A stretch of 64,000 nucleotides of DNA, from assembly GCA_905215345.1 (NCBI GenBank), contig CAJMPR010000004.1, forward strand, positions 286,623 to 350,622, in the 5' to 3' direction. Made by a program: the position numbers and the translations under genes. Shown piece after piece: positions 1 to 10,926 of the stretch. The number at the start of each line of letters is the position of its first letter. Positions within the stretch are counted from its first letter, which is position 1. This DNA is from an uncultured bacterium. GTDB lineage: Bacteria; Bacteroidota; Bacteroidia; Bacteroidales; Bacteroidaceae. Below the pieces are notes generated by a model that made no database searches, was not told where the DNA came from, and worked only from the letters and a program-made list of their open reading frames with translations.

Positions 1-2740
1 AATAGGAGAATTGAGTGTAGTCGGGATGTAATGATATAATTTTATTCTTGTTGGCAGACATATTGAATGCTGTTTTCCAGCGGAAGTTATCATTCATCAA
101 CGGGGTAGCGTCTACGGTCAATTCGAAACCTTTATTGCGAATCTTACCGGCATTGATATAGCGGAATTTATAAGCAGAGCCTGCCGGATTCTCCATTTTT
201 AATAATTGGTTCTTTGTATCTGTCTTATACCATGTAAAATCGATACCGAAACGATCGTGGAAGAAGCGCCATTCTGTACCAAATTCAATAGAGTTACTGA
301 TTTCAGGTTTCAAGTCACCGCGTTGTTCGGTTGCATTCACATTCACACCACCACCAGCTGTGATAATATCTACAGGGTTTGTAATTCCCAACGGAAGGTC
401 ATTACCTACTTCTGCCCATGAGCCGCGGATTTTAGCAAAATTAATCCATTCCGGTAACTTTAGAGTTTTATTGATAACCCATGTCAAACCAACTGACGGA
501 TAGAAGAATCCTGATTTCTTGCTGTCTGTGTAGGCCAAAGTAGATGACCAGTCGTTACGGGCGGTAAGATCCAGAAATAACATATCTTTCCAGCCAAACT
601 GCGCTGTTGCAAATACTGATTGCAATGTGCGTTTTTGGTTGATTGTCTGGGTAGCGGCCGCTTTTGAGTCCATCACGATGTTAGGAACAGTAAATACATT
701 GGGCTTATATAATGACGCAACTTTTGAATCAAGCATTAATGAGTTTACCGTACTCAGATTAATACTGGTACCTAAAGCTGCATTCAGCGAGAAGTCTCCA
801 AAGGTCTTGTTGAACATCGCCATCAAGTCGGCATAGGTTTGAAATTCCTGGTTGTCTGCCCATACATAACGACCATTTTCTTTCCCATTATACTTACCCG
901 TGATATTAGGGGCAGTACTTGCGTACATCTGATTTTCGAATTTGTCGCTAACATAGTCCACATTGCCACGTGCTTGCAGGTTGAGCCAGTCTGTTACTTT
1001 CAAGTTAGCACTGATGGAAGCCAATGCACGGTAGCGTTTGTTGGTACTGAGTACTCGGTTTCTCAACCAATAGGGATTTTGTGACCATTCGCTGATTGTA
1101 CCATCATCATTTTTCTCAATCCAATTTTGCATCATCATGTTACGACTTGGGTCAAGTGTTTCGAAGTCATTTTTATATGGAGTTAAATCTACACCGCGTG
1201 GGAAACCATACAAGCTAACCAATGGATTCATATAGTAACCACCTGTTGCGGGAGAGTTCTTAATCTTTTGCATCATCAATGTGGCATTACCGTCTAATTT
1301 TAAACGATCATTGAATAAACTTGTTGTTTCGCGTAAGCTCAGGTTATGTTTTTGCATCTTATTGCTATCAACAATGCCTTTTGCTGTGGTATTTGCATAA
1401 GAAAAATAAGTTTGCATTTTTTCGTTTCCGGTTGTTATTGCCAAAGAATTAATAGCTGTAACACCATTACCGAAATAATCACCGACATTATCATAATCCT
1501 TTATAGTACCTTTTGCTCCCCAACTTGCTGTACCGCCATCTTCATTGCGACCGTATGAGTTCTGGAATTTAGGTGTGCTGATAGCGTGGTCTATTGTTAA
1601 GTTTGAAGAGAAGGTGATTTGTTGCATGCCTACTTTACCTTTCTTAGTAGTAATCAAAATGACACCGTTGGCTGCTTGTGAACCGTAAAGAGCAGCGGCA
1701 GAAGCGCCTTTTAATATATTCATGCTTTCAATATCATCAGGATTTAAGTTGGAAATACCATCACCAGCATCGCGGTTTACGCCATCATTGTCACCACCCA
1801 TGACCGTTGATGTAGATTCGGTTGAGTTGTTTAACATAGGAACGCCATCGATTACATATAGTGGCTGATTGTTACCGCTGGCAAATGCAGAACGTGCACC
1901 ACGAATAGCAACCTTGGCAGAACCACCTAAATTGGATGTTTTATTGATTTGCACACCTGCTGTTTTACCAGCGAGTGCATTGATCATGTTGGGATCTTTA
2001 GCGCGAGTGAGCTCATTACCATTTACTTGTTGAGTGGAATAAGTCAGAGATTCTGCTTTTTTCTTGATACCCATAGCTGTTACAACTACTGTTTCCAGAG
2101 CCAGGGCTTCTTCTTTCATTTGAACTTTGATAGAAGTTTTTCCGTTAAGAGCTATGGTTACAGGCTCATAACCAATGTATGAAATAACTAACGTAGCGTT
2201 AGATGGTGTGTTAAGCACGAATTCGCCATCTAAATTAGTAATAACACCGTTTGTTGTTCCTTTTTCCAGAACGTTGGCTCCGATAATCGGCTCGCCTTTG
2301 GAATCGGTAACAGAACCTTTCACTGTGACTTTGTCTTGTTGAACGCCAGTTACATTTTCAATGCTTTCACCATTCTTGGTTAAAACGATGTTTTTACCTT
2401 CCATCACGTATTTGATGTTAGTTCCTTCAAATACTTCATCCAGAAGGTCTGATACAGCTTTGTTGTCTGCATCCACATTAACAGTGCGACGTACATCTAC
2501 ACTTTTTTTATTGTACACGAATAGATATTCGGTTTGCGACTCAATTTTAGCAAGTACCTGGCCTACTCTTAACTGAGAGTTGGGGATACTGACTTTGGCA
2601 TTTTGGGAGTAACTGTTCCCGCAGTAAGCTTGGAATGTTACAAACAAGAGAAGGAATAGGGTGATCTTCATGGTCCGCAATAATTGCTTAAATTCTAAAC
2701 TTTTTGGACAAAAAAGTCCATTCAAAGAAATTTTTCTCAT
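1..2740 (-). CDS. SusC/RagA TonB-dependent transporter with N-terminal signalling extension (3' end runs off the window)
   Basis: Absent from the ORF track because it has no stop in the window. Manual minus-strand translation from ATG 2740 gives MRKISLNGLFCPKSLEFKQLLRTMKITLFLLLFVTFQAY..., then GSVTDSKGEPIIGANV, VVVTAMGIKK, NNQPLYVIDGVP, NPDDIESMNILKGASAAALYGSQAANGVILITTKKGK (SusC plug motifs). Lies downstream of fecR. Confidence 0.93.
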   Translation of the reverse strand, partial: MRKISLNGLFCPKSLEFKQLLRTMKITLFLLLFVTFQAYCGNSYSQNAKVSIPNSQLRVGQVLAKIESQTEYLFVYNKKSVDVRRTVNVDADNKAVSDLLDEVFEGTNIKYVMEGKNIVLTKNGESIENVTGVQQDKVTVKGSVTDSKGEPIIGANVLEKGTTNGVITNLDGEFVLNTPSNATLVISYIGYEPVTIALNGKTSIKVQMKEEALALETVVVTAMGIKKKAESLTYSTQQVNGNELTRAKDPNMINALAGKTAGVQINKTSNLGGSAKVAIRGARSAFASGNNQPLYVIDGVPMLNNSTESTSTVMGGDNDGVNRDAGDGISNLNPDDIESMNILKGASAAALYGSQAANGVILITTKKGKVGMQQITFSSNLTIDHAISTPKFQNSYGRNEDGGTASWGAKGTIKDYDNVGDYFGNGVTAINSLAITTGNEKMQTYFSYANTTAKGIVDSNKMQKHNLSLRETTSLFNDRLKLDGNATLMMQKIKNSPATGGYYMNPLVSLYGFPRGVDLTPYKNDFETLDPSRNMMMQNWIEKNDDGTISEWSQNPYWLRNRVLSTNKRYRALASISANLKVTDWLNLQARGNVDYVSDKFENQMYASTAPNITGKYNGKENGRYVWADNQEFQTYADLMAMFNKTFGDFSLNAALGTSINLSTVNSLMLDSKVASLYKPNVFTVPNIVMDSKAAATQTINQKRTLQSVFATAQFGWKDMLFLDLTARNDWSSTLAYTDSKKSGFFYPSVGLTWVINKTLKLPEWINFAKIRGSWAEVGNDLPLGITNPVDIITAGGGVNVNATEQRGDLKPEISNSIEFGTEWRFFHDRFGIDFTWYKTDTKNQLLKMENPAGSAYKFRYINAGKIRNKGFELTVDATPLMNDNFRWKTAFNMSANKNKIISLHPDYTQFSY

Positions 2741-2926
2741 ATCTTTGTCACTGTGTTAAGTTAATAAATTGATTAAGGTCGATTTTTGACTGTTTCGGAT
2801 CGGGAAGTATGGGGGTACTTTCCGATCTTTTTTATCAAAAAGGGGGAAGTTGATTTTTGACTGTTTTTCTATGGTTTCATAATATTGGGTTTTTAAGGGG
2901 TTAGTACTAAATTTTAAGGTTCTTAT

Positions 2927-3862
2927 CTATTCATATATGATTATTGAGTCTCTGTCTTCATTGATGCGGAACTTGAACGGATGGTCTTTGGAGATAGTTC
3001 GCAATATGTGTTCTATACCGTCTTGCTCTCTGAACTTACCAGTAAGTCCTTCGTGGTTTAACAACCGTGGACTGGTTACAGTGATTTTTACATTATAGTA
3101 TTTTTCCAGCTTGTCTAAGATGCCGCTGAACGGTACATCGTCGAAGCAATATAGTCCTTCCCTCCAACGTAGATATTCATAAGAAGGAAGTATTGTCTTT
3201 TTGCAACGTCCGTCGTAGTTGGCAAAGAATTCATCTTTTTCCAAGCGGGTAATTACTTTATTGTTGCAGGAAGGATAAATATCTACAATACCTTCTACCA
3301 AGGTTGTCTCAAATTCTTTGCTGCCTTCGTAAGCACAGACATTGAAACAGGTCCCTACTACTTTTACGTTATGCATTTCAGTATGTACATAGAAAGGAAT
3401 GCTTTTGTTCTTTGCCACTTCAAAGTAAGCTTCACCATCCAACTTTACATTACGCTCTTTACGGCCGAAGTTACTGGCATAAGTAAGAGTAGACTTTGAA
3501 TTTAACCATACATGTGTGCCGTCGGCAAGGGTTATTTGAGCACGTTGTCCGGCAGGAACGGTAATGGTTTGAAGTTGTGCACCTTTATTATATAAGTAAT
3601 CTGCTGTCATAAAGTAACCGGATACGGCTACGATAACAGCGGCGGCAATACGTGCTGTCCAGCGGAACATAGGGATAAAGCGTGCTGTTTTTTTCTTGGT
3701 ATCTTGTTTTGTTGAGAATAAGGATATGTCAAACAGCATACGCTCTTTCAGGAAAGCTTCATGATTCTCATCCGAGGCTTCTACCCAATCAAGGATTTGC
3801 TTTTCTTCTTCTATGGAAGCGGTTCCTTTAAAATACTTATATAATAGTTCTTGATTCATCAT
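2927..3862 (-). CDS. FecR-family anti-sigma factor
   Basis: One TM segment followed by VPAGQRAQITLADGTHVWLNSKS, VKLDGEAYFEVAK and VKVVGTCFNV motifs; sits between an ECF sigma and SusC. Confidence 0.93.
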   Translation of the reverse strand: MMNQELLYKYFKGTASIEEEKQILDWVEASDENHEAFLKERMLFDISLFSTKQDTKKKTARFIPMFRWTARIAAAVIVAVSGYFMTADYLYNKGAQLQTITVPAGQRAQITLADGTHVWLNSKSTLTYASNFGRKERNVKLDGEAYFEVAKNKSIPFYVHTEMHNVKVVGTCFNVCAYEGSKEFETTLVEGIVDIYPSCNNKVITRLEKDEFFANYDGRCKKTILPSYEYLRWREGLYCFDDVPFSGILDKLEKYYNVKITVTSPRLLNHEGLTGKFREQDGIEHILRTISKDHPFKFRINEDRDSIIIYE

Positions 3863-3979
3863 AAATAATTGTTTGGCTGAAAAAGGATTTTTTTAATCCC
3901 TTCTGTATATATAACCGACGAGTTGAAAACAACCCTATGGAAAAATGAAAGTTTTTTTGAAGAATCTTGATTTTAACAT

Positions 3980-4540
3980 TTAGAGGAGTATAGAAGCTAA
4001 ATAATCTTTTAGTTCCAAGCGGAGTATACGTAAGGCTTTGGTGATATGTGCCTCTACTGTTTTCAATGAAATATTCAGTTGTTCGGCAATCTGTTTATTA
4101 GGTAAATTCTGATAACGGCTCAGCATAAAAATAGTCCGGCTTTGTTGTGGCATTTGTTCCAAAGCCTTATGCACGATATGCTGTATTTCAGTATCGAATA
4201 CCTGATCGGGTTCGCAAGCTTTCAAAGTAGAAATACGTAAATTCAGTTCGCGCTGACTGTGGGTATTGATGTCTTCTTCTGCGCGTAGACGTATCTGCTT
4301 ATGCTCTAAAAGATTAAGGGATTTGTGCTTGATGATGGTTAATAATAAAGCGTGTAGATTACTGCCTTCTTCCCAACGGTCGCGGTTCTCCCATAAAGCA
4401 ATCATTGATTCCATTAATACATCTTCTGCTTCTGCTTTATCCCTAAGGTAGGAGAAAGCAAAAGCGAGGAACTTTTCTTGGTTTTCCTGAAAGAAACGCG
4501 AAAAAAGATCCATGGTATGTAGCCTGTTGGAATCGGACAT
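3980..4540 (-). CDS. ECF RNA polymerase sigma-70 factor (Bacteroides type)
   Basis: AEAEDVLMESMIALWENR (region 2) and IFMLSRYQNLPNKQIAEQLNISLKTVEAHITKALRILR (region 4). Confidence 0.93.
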   Translation of the reverse strand: MSDSNRLHTMDLFSRFFQENQEKFLAFAFSYLRDKAEAEDVLMESMIALWENRDRWEEGSNLHALLLTIIKHKSLNLLEHKQIRLRAEEDINTHSQRELNLRISTLKACEPDQVFDTEIQHIVHKALEQMPQQSRTIFMLSRYQNLPNKQIAEQLNISLKTVEAHITKALRILRLELKDYLASILL

Positions 4541-4655
4541 TCTCTTGGTGTTTTTTTGTACGATTTAAGGTTTCGCATGACAAAACAACACAAACTTTTT
4601 TTAATATGCAAACAATGTTCTTAATTTCTTTCTATATTTTTTTACTTTTTGCTTC

Positions 4656-4689
4656 AAAAAGAAAGCCCGACGGTATTACCATCGGGCTT
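4656..4689 (-). terminator. Intrinsic terminator after pnp
   Basis: AAGCCCGA...TCGGGCTT stem with a T-run on the minus strand. Confidence 0.75.
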
Positions 4690-4720
4690 ATGTCCTTATC
4701 TGATAAGGAATAAAGAAATT

Positions 4721-6865
4721 TTATTTCTTTTCCGGTTTATCTTGTCTTTCCGGCTTTGGAAGTAATACTTTACGGGACAATTTGAACTTTCCGGTCTTAG
4801 GATCAATGTCGAGTAATTTCACATCAATTTCGTCGCCTTCCTTGATTCCGGCTTCTTCTACTGTTTCCAAACGTTTCCAGTCAATTTCCGAAATATGGAG
4901 TAAACCATCTTTACCCGGCAAGAATTCAATAAATGCACCATAAGGCATGATAGAACGTACTTTGCCTTTGTAAACTTCGCCTACTTCCGGTACAGCTACT
5001 ATTCCCTTGATAATGCGCATTGCATCGTCAATACATTTCTTGTTTGTTCCGGCAATTTCGATTCTACCGATGTTATCTACTTCTTCAATCGTAATAGTAG
5101 CACCGGTTTCTTCCTGCATACCCTGAATTATCTTTCCACCCGGGCCAATGATTGCACCAATGAATTCTTTAGGTATAGTCATTGTTTCAATACGTGGAGC
5201 ATGAGGTTTCAAGTCTTCGCGAGGTTCTGCGATACATTCGGTTAATTTACTTAGAATATGTTCACGGCCTTCTTTAGCTTGTAACAATGCTTTCTCCAGA
5301 ATATCATAAGACAATCCGTCTACTTTGATATCCATTTGAGTAGCAGTAATACCATCTTTAGTACCTGTTACCTTGAAGTCCATATCGCCCAAGTGGTCCT
5401 CATCACCGAGGATATCGGACAATACGGCATATTTGTCTTCACCTGCATTCTTAATCAATCCCATTGCGATACCTGATACCGGCTTTTTTATCTTCACACC
5501 TGCATCCATCAATGCCAATGTTCCGGCACATACGGTAGCCATAGAAGAAGAACCGTTTGATTCGAGGATATCCGAAACTACGCGTACTACATACGGATAG
5601 TCAGCAGGAATTTGTCCTTTCAAGGCACGCCATGCCAAGTGACCATGACCGACTTCACGACGACCTACACCACGTTGTGCTTTGGCTTCACCCGTAGAGA
5701 ACGGAGGGAAGTTATAATGTAAGAGGAAACGTTCTTTTCCGTGTTCCAGTACATCGTCGATAATCTTCTCGTCCAACTTCGTACCGAGAGTAACAGTAGA
5801 TAAAGACTGAGTTTCACCACGTGTGAAGACTGCTGAACCGTGAGGTCCGGGCAAATAGCTGGTTTCGCACCAGATAGGGCGGATTTCGGTCGTTTTACGT
5901 CCGTCAAGGCGCTTGCCTTCGTCCAAGATAGAACGACGCATTGCTTCTTTTTCTACATCATGGTAGTAACGGTCGATAAGTGAAGCCTTTTCTGCCAATT
6001 CTTCTTCGCTGAATTGTGCCTTGAATTCTTCGCGGATAGCATCGAATGCGTTCATGCGTTCGTGCTTGTTGTTGTTCCCTGAAGCTGCGATGGCATAAGC
6101 CTTATCGTAACATGCTTCACGAACAGCTTTACGCAAATCTTCGTCATTTACTTCATGGCAATATTCACGTTTTACTGTAGAGCCAACGGCTTCTGCAAGT
6201 TCCATTTGAGCTTTACACTGAACCTTAATAGCTTCGTGAGCAGCTTTCATAGCTTCCAGCAAGTCTTGTTCTGAAACCTCACTCATTTCGCCTTCTACCA
6301 TCATGATGTTCTCATAAGTAGCACCTACCATAAGATCCATGTCGGCTTTTTCCAGTTGTTCGAAAGTGGGGTTGATAACGAACTGTCCGTCGATACGTGC
6401 TACACGTACTTCAGAGATCGGTCCATTGAAAGGAATATCTGAAACAGCGAGAGCTGCAGAAGCTGCAAGTCCGGCCAATGCATCCGGCATATCGACGCCG
6501 TCTGCTGAGAAGAGGATAATGTTTACATATACCTCTGCATGAAAATTATCGGGGAATAAAGGGCGGAGAGCACGGTCTACGAGGCGGCAAGTCAGAATTT
6601 CATAATCAGATGCGCGACCTTCACGCTTGGTGAAACCACCGGGGAATCGTCCGAATGCGGAGAATTTTTCTTTGTACTCTACCTGTAACGGCATAAAATC
6701 TGTTCCGGGAACTGCGTCCTTGGCGGCACAAACAGTAGCTAGGAGCATGGTGTTACCCATACGAAGCATTACAGAACCGTCTGCCTGTTTTGCCAGCTTT
6801 CCCGTTTCGAGTGTGATGGTTCTGCCATCAGGAAGCTCGATCGTCTTAACAATTGGGTTAATCAT
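4721..6865 (-). CDS. pnp: Polyribonucleotide nucleotidyltransferase (PNPase)
   Basis: [20 protein letters not shown]-like RNase PH core, [27 protein letters not shown] and S1 domains. Start moved to MINPIVK at 6865. Confidence 0.98.
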   Translation of the reverse strand: MINPIVKTIELPDGRTITLETGKLAKQADGSVMLRMGNTMLLATVCAAKDAVPGTDFMPLQVEYKEKFSAFGRFPGGFTKREGRASDYEILTCRLVDRALRPLFPDNFHAEVYVNIILFSADGVDMPDALAGLAASAALAVSDIPFNGPISEVRVARIDGQFVINPTFEQLEKADMDLMVGATYENIMMVEGEMSEVSEQDLLEAMKAAHEAIKVQCKAQMELAEAVGSTVKREYCHEVNDEDLRKAVREACYDKAYAIAASGNNNKHERMNAFDAIREEFKAQFSEEELAEKASLIDRYYHDVEKEAMRRSILDEGKRLDGRKTTEIRPIWCETSYLPGPHGSAVFTRGETQSLSTVTLGTKLDEKIIDDVLEHGKERFLLHYNFPPFSTGEAKAQRGVGRREVGHGHLAWRALKGQIPADYPYVVRVVSDILESNGSSSMATVCAGTLALMDAGVKIKKPVSGIAMGLIKNAGEDKYAVLSDILGDEDHLGDMDFKVTGTKDGITATQMDIKVDGLSYDILEKALLQAKEGREHILSKLTECIAEPREDLKPHAPRIETMTIPKEFIGAIIGPGGKIIQGMQEETGATITIEEVDNIGRIEIAGTNKKCIDDAMRIIKGIVAVPEVGEVYKGKVRSIMPYGAFIEFLPGKDGLLHISEIDWKRLETVEEAGIKEGDEIDVKLLDIDPKTGKFKLSRKVLLPKPERQDKPEKK

Positions 6866-7067
6866 AAAAAATGTTTTATATCTATTTTCTTTCAAAATTC
6901 CCGCAAAGATACATATTTTATTCGTGTAATGCGGTGGGAATGAGATAAAAAGTTTGTATTTAGTTGTTTTTTGCACTTTTCTAAGTGGAAGAAGTGTGAA
7001 AATGCTTTGACTAAACTTGAAAAGAAGTATATTTGCACGTTCTTTCAAATAGAAAAATACACGAAAT

Positions 7068-8219
7068 ATGAAAAAGATCCTTTTTATGGCGTTGGCTGTT
7101 TTAGGCTTAAGCGCATGTAACTCCGAACCAAAATTTAAAGTAGAAGGTGAAGTCTCCGGCGCTGATGGTAAGATGCTCTATCTGGAAGCTTCAGCTTTGG
7201 AAGGTATTGTGCCCTTGGATTCCGTTAAATTGAAAGGCGACGGTTCATTTACATTTAAACAAACACGTCCTATGTCTCCGGAGTTCTATCGTTTGCGGGT
7301 AGATGATAAAGTGATCAACTTTTCTATCGATTCTACGGAAACGGTTTCTCTGAAAGCACCATATACTGATTTTGCTACGGCATATAGTGTGGAAGGTTCG
7401 GCTAATAGTACGAAAATTAAGGAACTTACTTTAAAACAAATGCAGCTTCAGACATCTGTGAATGCCTTGCTGCAGGGTATGCAAGCTCATAAGATTGGTA
7501 CTGATGTGTTTGAAGACAGTCTGGCTACTTTGTTGAAATCCTATAAGGATGAAGTGAAAATAAATTATATTTTCGCTGCTCCGAATACGGCTGCTGCTTA
7601 TTTTGCTCTGTTCCAGAAACTAAATAATTATTTGATTTTTGATCCGTTGAACAGTAAAGACGACATTAAGTGTTTTGCAGCGGTTGCAACCAGCCTGAAC
7701 AATTTCTATCCGCATGCCGACCGTTCCAAGAACCTTTACAATATTGTGATAAAGGGAATGAAAAATACCCGCACACCGCAACAAAAAGTAGTGGAACTTC
7801 CGCAGGAAGCTGTTTCGGAAACGGGAATCATTGATATTAATCTGCGTGATATGAAAGGAAATATGCGCAAATTAAGTGAGCTGAAAGGAAAAGCTATTAT
7901 TCTTGACTTTACCATTTATCAAAGTGCGGTTTCTGCTGCGCATAATTATATGTTACGTAATTTGTACGATAAATATGCCGGTGAGGGATTGGAGATTTAT
8001 CAGGTATCTTTGGATGCGGATGAACATTACTGGAAGACAACTGCGGATAACTTACCATGGGTTTGTGTGCGTGATGCCAATGGCATTTATTCAACTATGG
8101 CTTCTGCTTATAATGTCCAATCGGTTCCTGCCATTTTCCTTATTAATAAGAATAGTGAGTTGAGTGCTCGTGGCGAAACTGTCAAAGACTTGGATGCAGC
8201 GGTGAAGGCTTTGCTGTAA
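7068..8219 (+). CDS. DUF4369/TlpA-like thioredoxin-fold lipoprotein lacking CxxC
   Basis: Lipobox LSAC; C-terminal [13 protein letters not shown]...[10 protein letters not shown]...[14 protein letters not shown]. Confidence 0.75.
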   Translation: MKKILFMALAVLGLSACNSEPKFKVEGEVSGADGKMLYLEASALEGIVPLDSVKLKGDGSFTFKQTRPMSPEFYRLRVDDKVINFSIDSTETVSLKAPYTDFATAYSVEGSANSTKIKELTLKQMQLQTSVNALLQGMQAHKIGTDVFEDSLATLLKSYKDEVKINYIFAAPNTAAAYFALFQKLNNYLIFDPLNSKDDIKCFAAVATSLNNFYPHADRSKNLYNIVIKGMKNTRTPQQKVVELPQEAVSETGIIDINLRDMKGNMRKLSELKGKAIILDFTIYQSAVSAAHNYMLRNLYDKYAGEGLEIYQVSLDADEHYWKTTADNLPWVCVRDANGIYSTMASAYNVQSVPAIFLINKNSELSARGETVKDLDAAVKALL

Positions 8220-8297
8220 CATGTTATAAATTAGAAGATTTCATTTAAATATGTTACAAAGCAGCATTTTTTGCTTGACACGCATTATTTAAAAGGC

Positions 8298-8360
8298 TAT
8301 CTTTGCAAAGGAAATAGGAAAGAGGGTTCCAGCATGCTGACCATGTTGGAATTCTTTTTT
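8298..8360 (+). promoter_or_regulatory. greA promoter (-7 TATCTTTG) followed by a terminator-like leader hairpin
   Basis: TATCTTTG at 8298-8305; hairpin AGAGGGTTCCAGCATG...CATGTTGGAATTCTTTTTT lies before the greA start. Confidence 0.6.
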
Positions 8361-8409
8361 GTTTATAGTACCATTTAAAAACAATATAAAATAGTAAGGA
8401 GGAAAAACT

Positions 8410-8874
8410 ATGGCTTATATGTCAGAAGAAGGCTACAATAAGTTGTTGGCCGATTTAAAAGTCCTGGAGACGGTAGAGCGGCCTAAGATTGTGTCGGCTA
8501 TTGCTGAGGCGCGTGACAAGGGGGACTTGTCAGAGAATGCGGAATATGATGCCGCAAAGGAAGCCCAAGGTTTGCTTGAAATGAAAATCAATAAATTGAA
8601 GACGGTAATTGCCGATGCTAAAATTATTGATGAATCCAAATTGAAGACAGACTCTGTGCAAATATTAAATAAGGTGGAGCTGAAAAACGTGAAGAATAAT
8701 ATGAAAATGACCTACACGATTGTTTCGGAAAGTGAAGCCAATTTAAAGGAAGGTAAGATTTCTGTAAATACCCCGATTGCACAAGGCTTGCTCGGTAAGA
8801 AAGTAGGTGATGTGGCTGAAATCAAAGTACCGCAGGGTATTATCAATCTTGAAGTAGTAAACATATCATTTTAA
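8410..8874 (+). CDS. greA: Transcription elongation factor GreA
   Basis: AIAEARDKGDLSENAEYDAAKEAQ; ISVNTPIAQGLLGKKVGD. Confidence 0.97.
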   Translation: MAYMSEEGYNKLLADLKVLETVERPKIVSAIAEARDKGDLSENAEYDAAKEAQGLLEMKINKLKTVIADAKIIDESKLKTDSVQILNKVELKNVKNNMKMTYTIVSESEANLKEGKISVNTPIAQGLLGKKVGDVAEIKVPQGIINLEVVNISF

Positions 8875-8929
8875 TGGAAAGGCAGGTCCGCGTGCGGGCT
8901 TGCCTTATTTTATATATAAATAAAAAGTT

Positions 8930-9322
8930 ATGGCAACAATATTCAGCAGAATTATCGCAGGTGAAATACCTTGTTATAAGATAGCGGAGAATGATAAATT
9001 CTTTGCCTTCCTTGATATTAATCCATTGGTGAAAGGTCATACTCTGGTCATTCCCAAACAGGAAGTGGATTATATCTTCGACTTGAGTAATGAAGATTTG
9101 GCGGCAATGCATGTGTTTGCAAAGAAAGTTGCACTTGCTATTGGTAAGGCTTTTCCATGTAAGAAAGTAGGCGAAGCTGTTTTAGGGTTGGAAGTGCCTC
9201 ATGCACATATTCATCTGATTCCTATGCAGAATGAAAAAGATATGCTTTTTTCTAATCCGAAATTGAAACTCTCGGAAGAAGAGTTTAAGGCCGTAGCCAA
9301 AGCCATACGTACGGTCCTCTAA
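8930..9322 (+). CDS. HIT family protein
   Basis: TIFSRIIAGEIP, FLDINP..GHTLVIPK, HAHIHLIP histidine triad. Confidence 0.95.
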   Translation: MATIFSRIIAGEIPCYKIAENDKFFAFLDINPLVKGHTLVIPKQEVDYIFDLSNEDLAAMHVFAKKVALAIGKAFPCKKVGEAVLGLEVPHAHIHLIPMQNEKDMLFSNPKLKLSEEEFKAVAKAIRTVL

Positions 9323-9354
9323 GAGATTTATATTTTCCTCCTCCAAATACAGTA

Positions 9355-9388
9355 AAAGCGGTAGTTGAAATGCATCAACTACCGCTTT
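9355..9388. terminator. Bidirectional terminator
   Basis: AAAGCGGTAGTTGA...TCAACTACCGCTTT stem between convergent genes. Confidence 0.8.
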
Positions 9389-9432
9389 ATTATTAATATC
9401 TTCCTTGGTAAAAAGTTAACTTTAACAGGCTG

Positions 9433-10518
9433 TTAAATGTAATCTTCTCCCAGCTTAATCTGCGCATCATTTACATACTTGCGGATGGCATGTTCTTCGT
9501 CCTTTTTGCAAATCAGCAATACATTGTCCGATTCGGCAATGAGGTATCCTTCTAAACCGTCAATGACGGCAAGTTTGTTTTGAGGAAGTACTACAATGTT
9601 ATCTTTACTATCGTACATCAAGGATTGGCATTTTAGCGTAACGTTACCCGCTTCATCTTTAGAAGAAAGATCATATAAAGAACCCCATGTTCCTAAATCA
9701 GACCAACCGAAATCTCCTAATGATACATAAACATTGTCAGCTTTTTCCATGATACCAAAATCAATGGAAACATTGGGGCATGCGGGGAAGTTTTCTTCTA
9801 TAAACTTTTTTTCTTTTGGAGTACCATAGGCATCTTTCCCTGCCGCCAGTTTGGTTGCCAATTCCGGTAATAATAATTCTCCGGCTTTTATAATACTGTT
9901 TACATTCCACATAAAGAGACCGGAGTTCCAATAAAACTCACCACTTTCAACAAAAACTTTAGCTAACTCAAGTTCCGGTTTCTCAGTAAAGGTTTTTACT
10001 TTATGGAAATTATCGTTGATTTGTTCGGCAATCTGTATGTAACCGTACCCTGTTTCCGGACGGTTGGGTTTGATGCCGAGCGTCAATAACTTATCAGATT
10101 GCGCAACGAATGCCAATCCTTTTTCAATGGCGGTAAGAAACTCATTTTCCTTTAGAATCAGATGATCCGAAGGAGCGACAACGATATTGGCATTTGGATT
10201 TAATGCGCGGATGTGGTATGAAGCCCATGCAATACAGGGAGCTGTGTTTCTGCGTGTTGGTTCCAGCAGTATCTGCTCCGGTTTTAGTTCAGGTAGTTGC
10301 TCTTTTACCAAGTCCTCATAAAGTGCATTGGTAACAACCAGTATATTTTCCGTAGGTATTACTTTGTTGAAGCGGTCAAACGTCTGCTGCAATAATGAAC
10401 GTCCTGTGCCGAAGAAGTCCAGGAATTGTTTCGGAAGTGTTTTGCGGCTGAACGGCCAAAAACGACTACCGATTCCACCACCCATGATTACACAGAAATT
10501 ATCCTTATTGGTTATCAT
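9433..10518 (-). CDS. manC: Mannose-1-phosphate guanylyltransferase
   Basis: VIMGGGIGSRFWPFSR..PKQFL, EPTRRNTAPCI, PETGYGYI, FTEKP, WNSGLF, GWSDLGTW. Confidence 0.93.
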   Translation of the reverse strand: MITNKDNFCVIMGGGIGSRFWPFSRKTLPKQFLDFFGTGRSLLQQTFDRFNKVIPTENILVVTNALYEDLVKEQLPELKPEQILLEPTRRNTAPCIAWASYHIRALNPNANIVVAPSDHLILKENEFLTAIEKGLAFVAQSDKLLTLGIKPNRPETGYGYIQIAEQINDNFHKVKTFTEKPELELAKVFVESGEFYWNSGLFMWNVNSIIKAGELLLPELATKLAAGKDAYGTPKEKKFIEENFPACPNVSIDFGIMEKADNVYVSLGDFGWSDLGTWGSLYDLSSKDEAGNVTLKCQSLMYDSKDNIVVLPQNKLAVIDGLEGYLIAESDNVLLICKKDEEHAIRKYVNDAQIKLGEDYI

Positions 10519-10675
10519 ATTAAATGTTTTAAAAGTTTCTGCTAATGTACTGCATATTTTACAAACAAGAAATGCTTGTGAAGCGATTTCTTATTTTTTT
10601 CGGCTTTTTTTGTGAAAAGTCTTGCGGGTTTCGAAAAAAGCCGTATCTTTGCACCGCATTTGAGAAATCAAATAT

Positions 10676-10759
10676 GCCCAGATGGCGGAATCGGTAGACG
10701 CGCTGGTCTCAAACACCAGTGGATTCACTTCCATCCCGGTTCGACCCCGGGTCTGGGTA
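10676..10759 (+). tRNA. tRNA-Leu (CAA)
   Basis: Acceptor stem GCCCAGA/TCTGGGT, anticodon arm CTGGT-CTCAAAC-ACCAG, long variable arm, GGTTCGA T loop; -7 promoter TATCTTTG upstream and a terminator hairpin at ~10766-10798. Confidence 0.96.
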
Positions 10760-10926
10760 CAAAGAAAAGGAGAAAGTTTAACGACTTTCTCCTTTTTTAT
10801 ATTTGTGGTACGATTAGTTGGTGTGGCTCAAACTTCAAATAATTCTGATTTATACTTTATCATGTCTATTTCTTGGAATTAATAAAATTATGTAATTTTG
10901 TAAATCAAACAATGAATTCCTTTTCA

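Noticed and set aside
206..2576. Six short + strand ORFs
   Set aside because: Antisense shadows of the minus-strand SusC gene that the ORF track missed.
6866..7048. N-terminal extension of PNPase in the ORF track
   Set aside because: Covers the divergent promoter region; PNPase similarity begins at MINPIVK (6865). Similar upstream extensions were trimmed for ric, priA, GH3, GH95 and the 7TM-HD gene.
10740..10760. attL/attR duplication of the tRNA 3' end bounding an island
   Set aside because: No second copy was noticed by eye and there is no integrase in the window; a computational search would be needed to exclude a short match.
10612..10882. Two small ORFs over the tRNA
   Set aside because: They overlap tRNA-Leu and its promoter and terminator.
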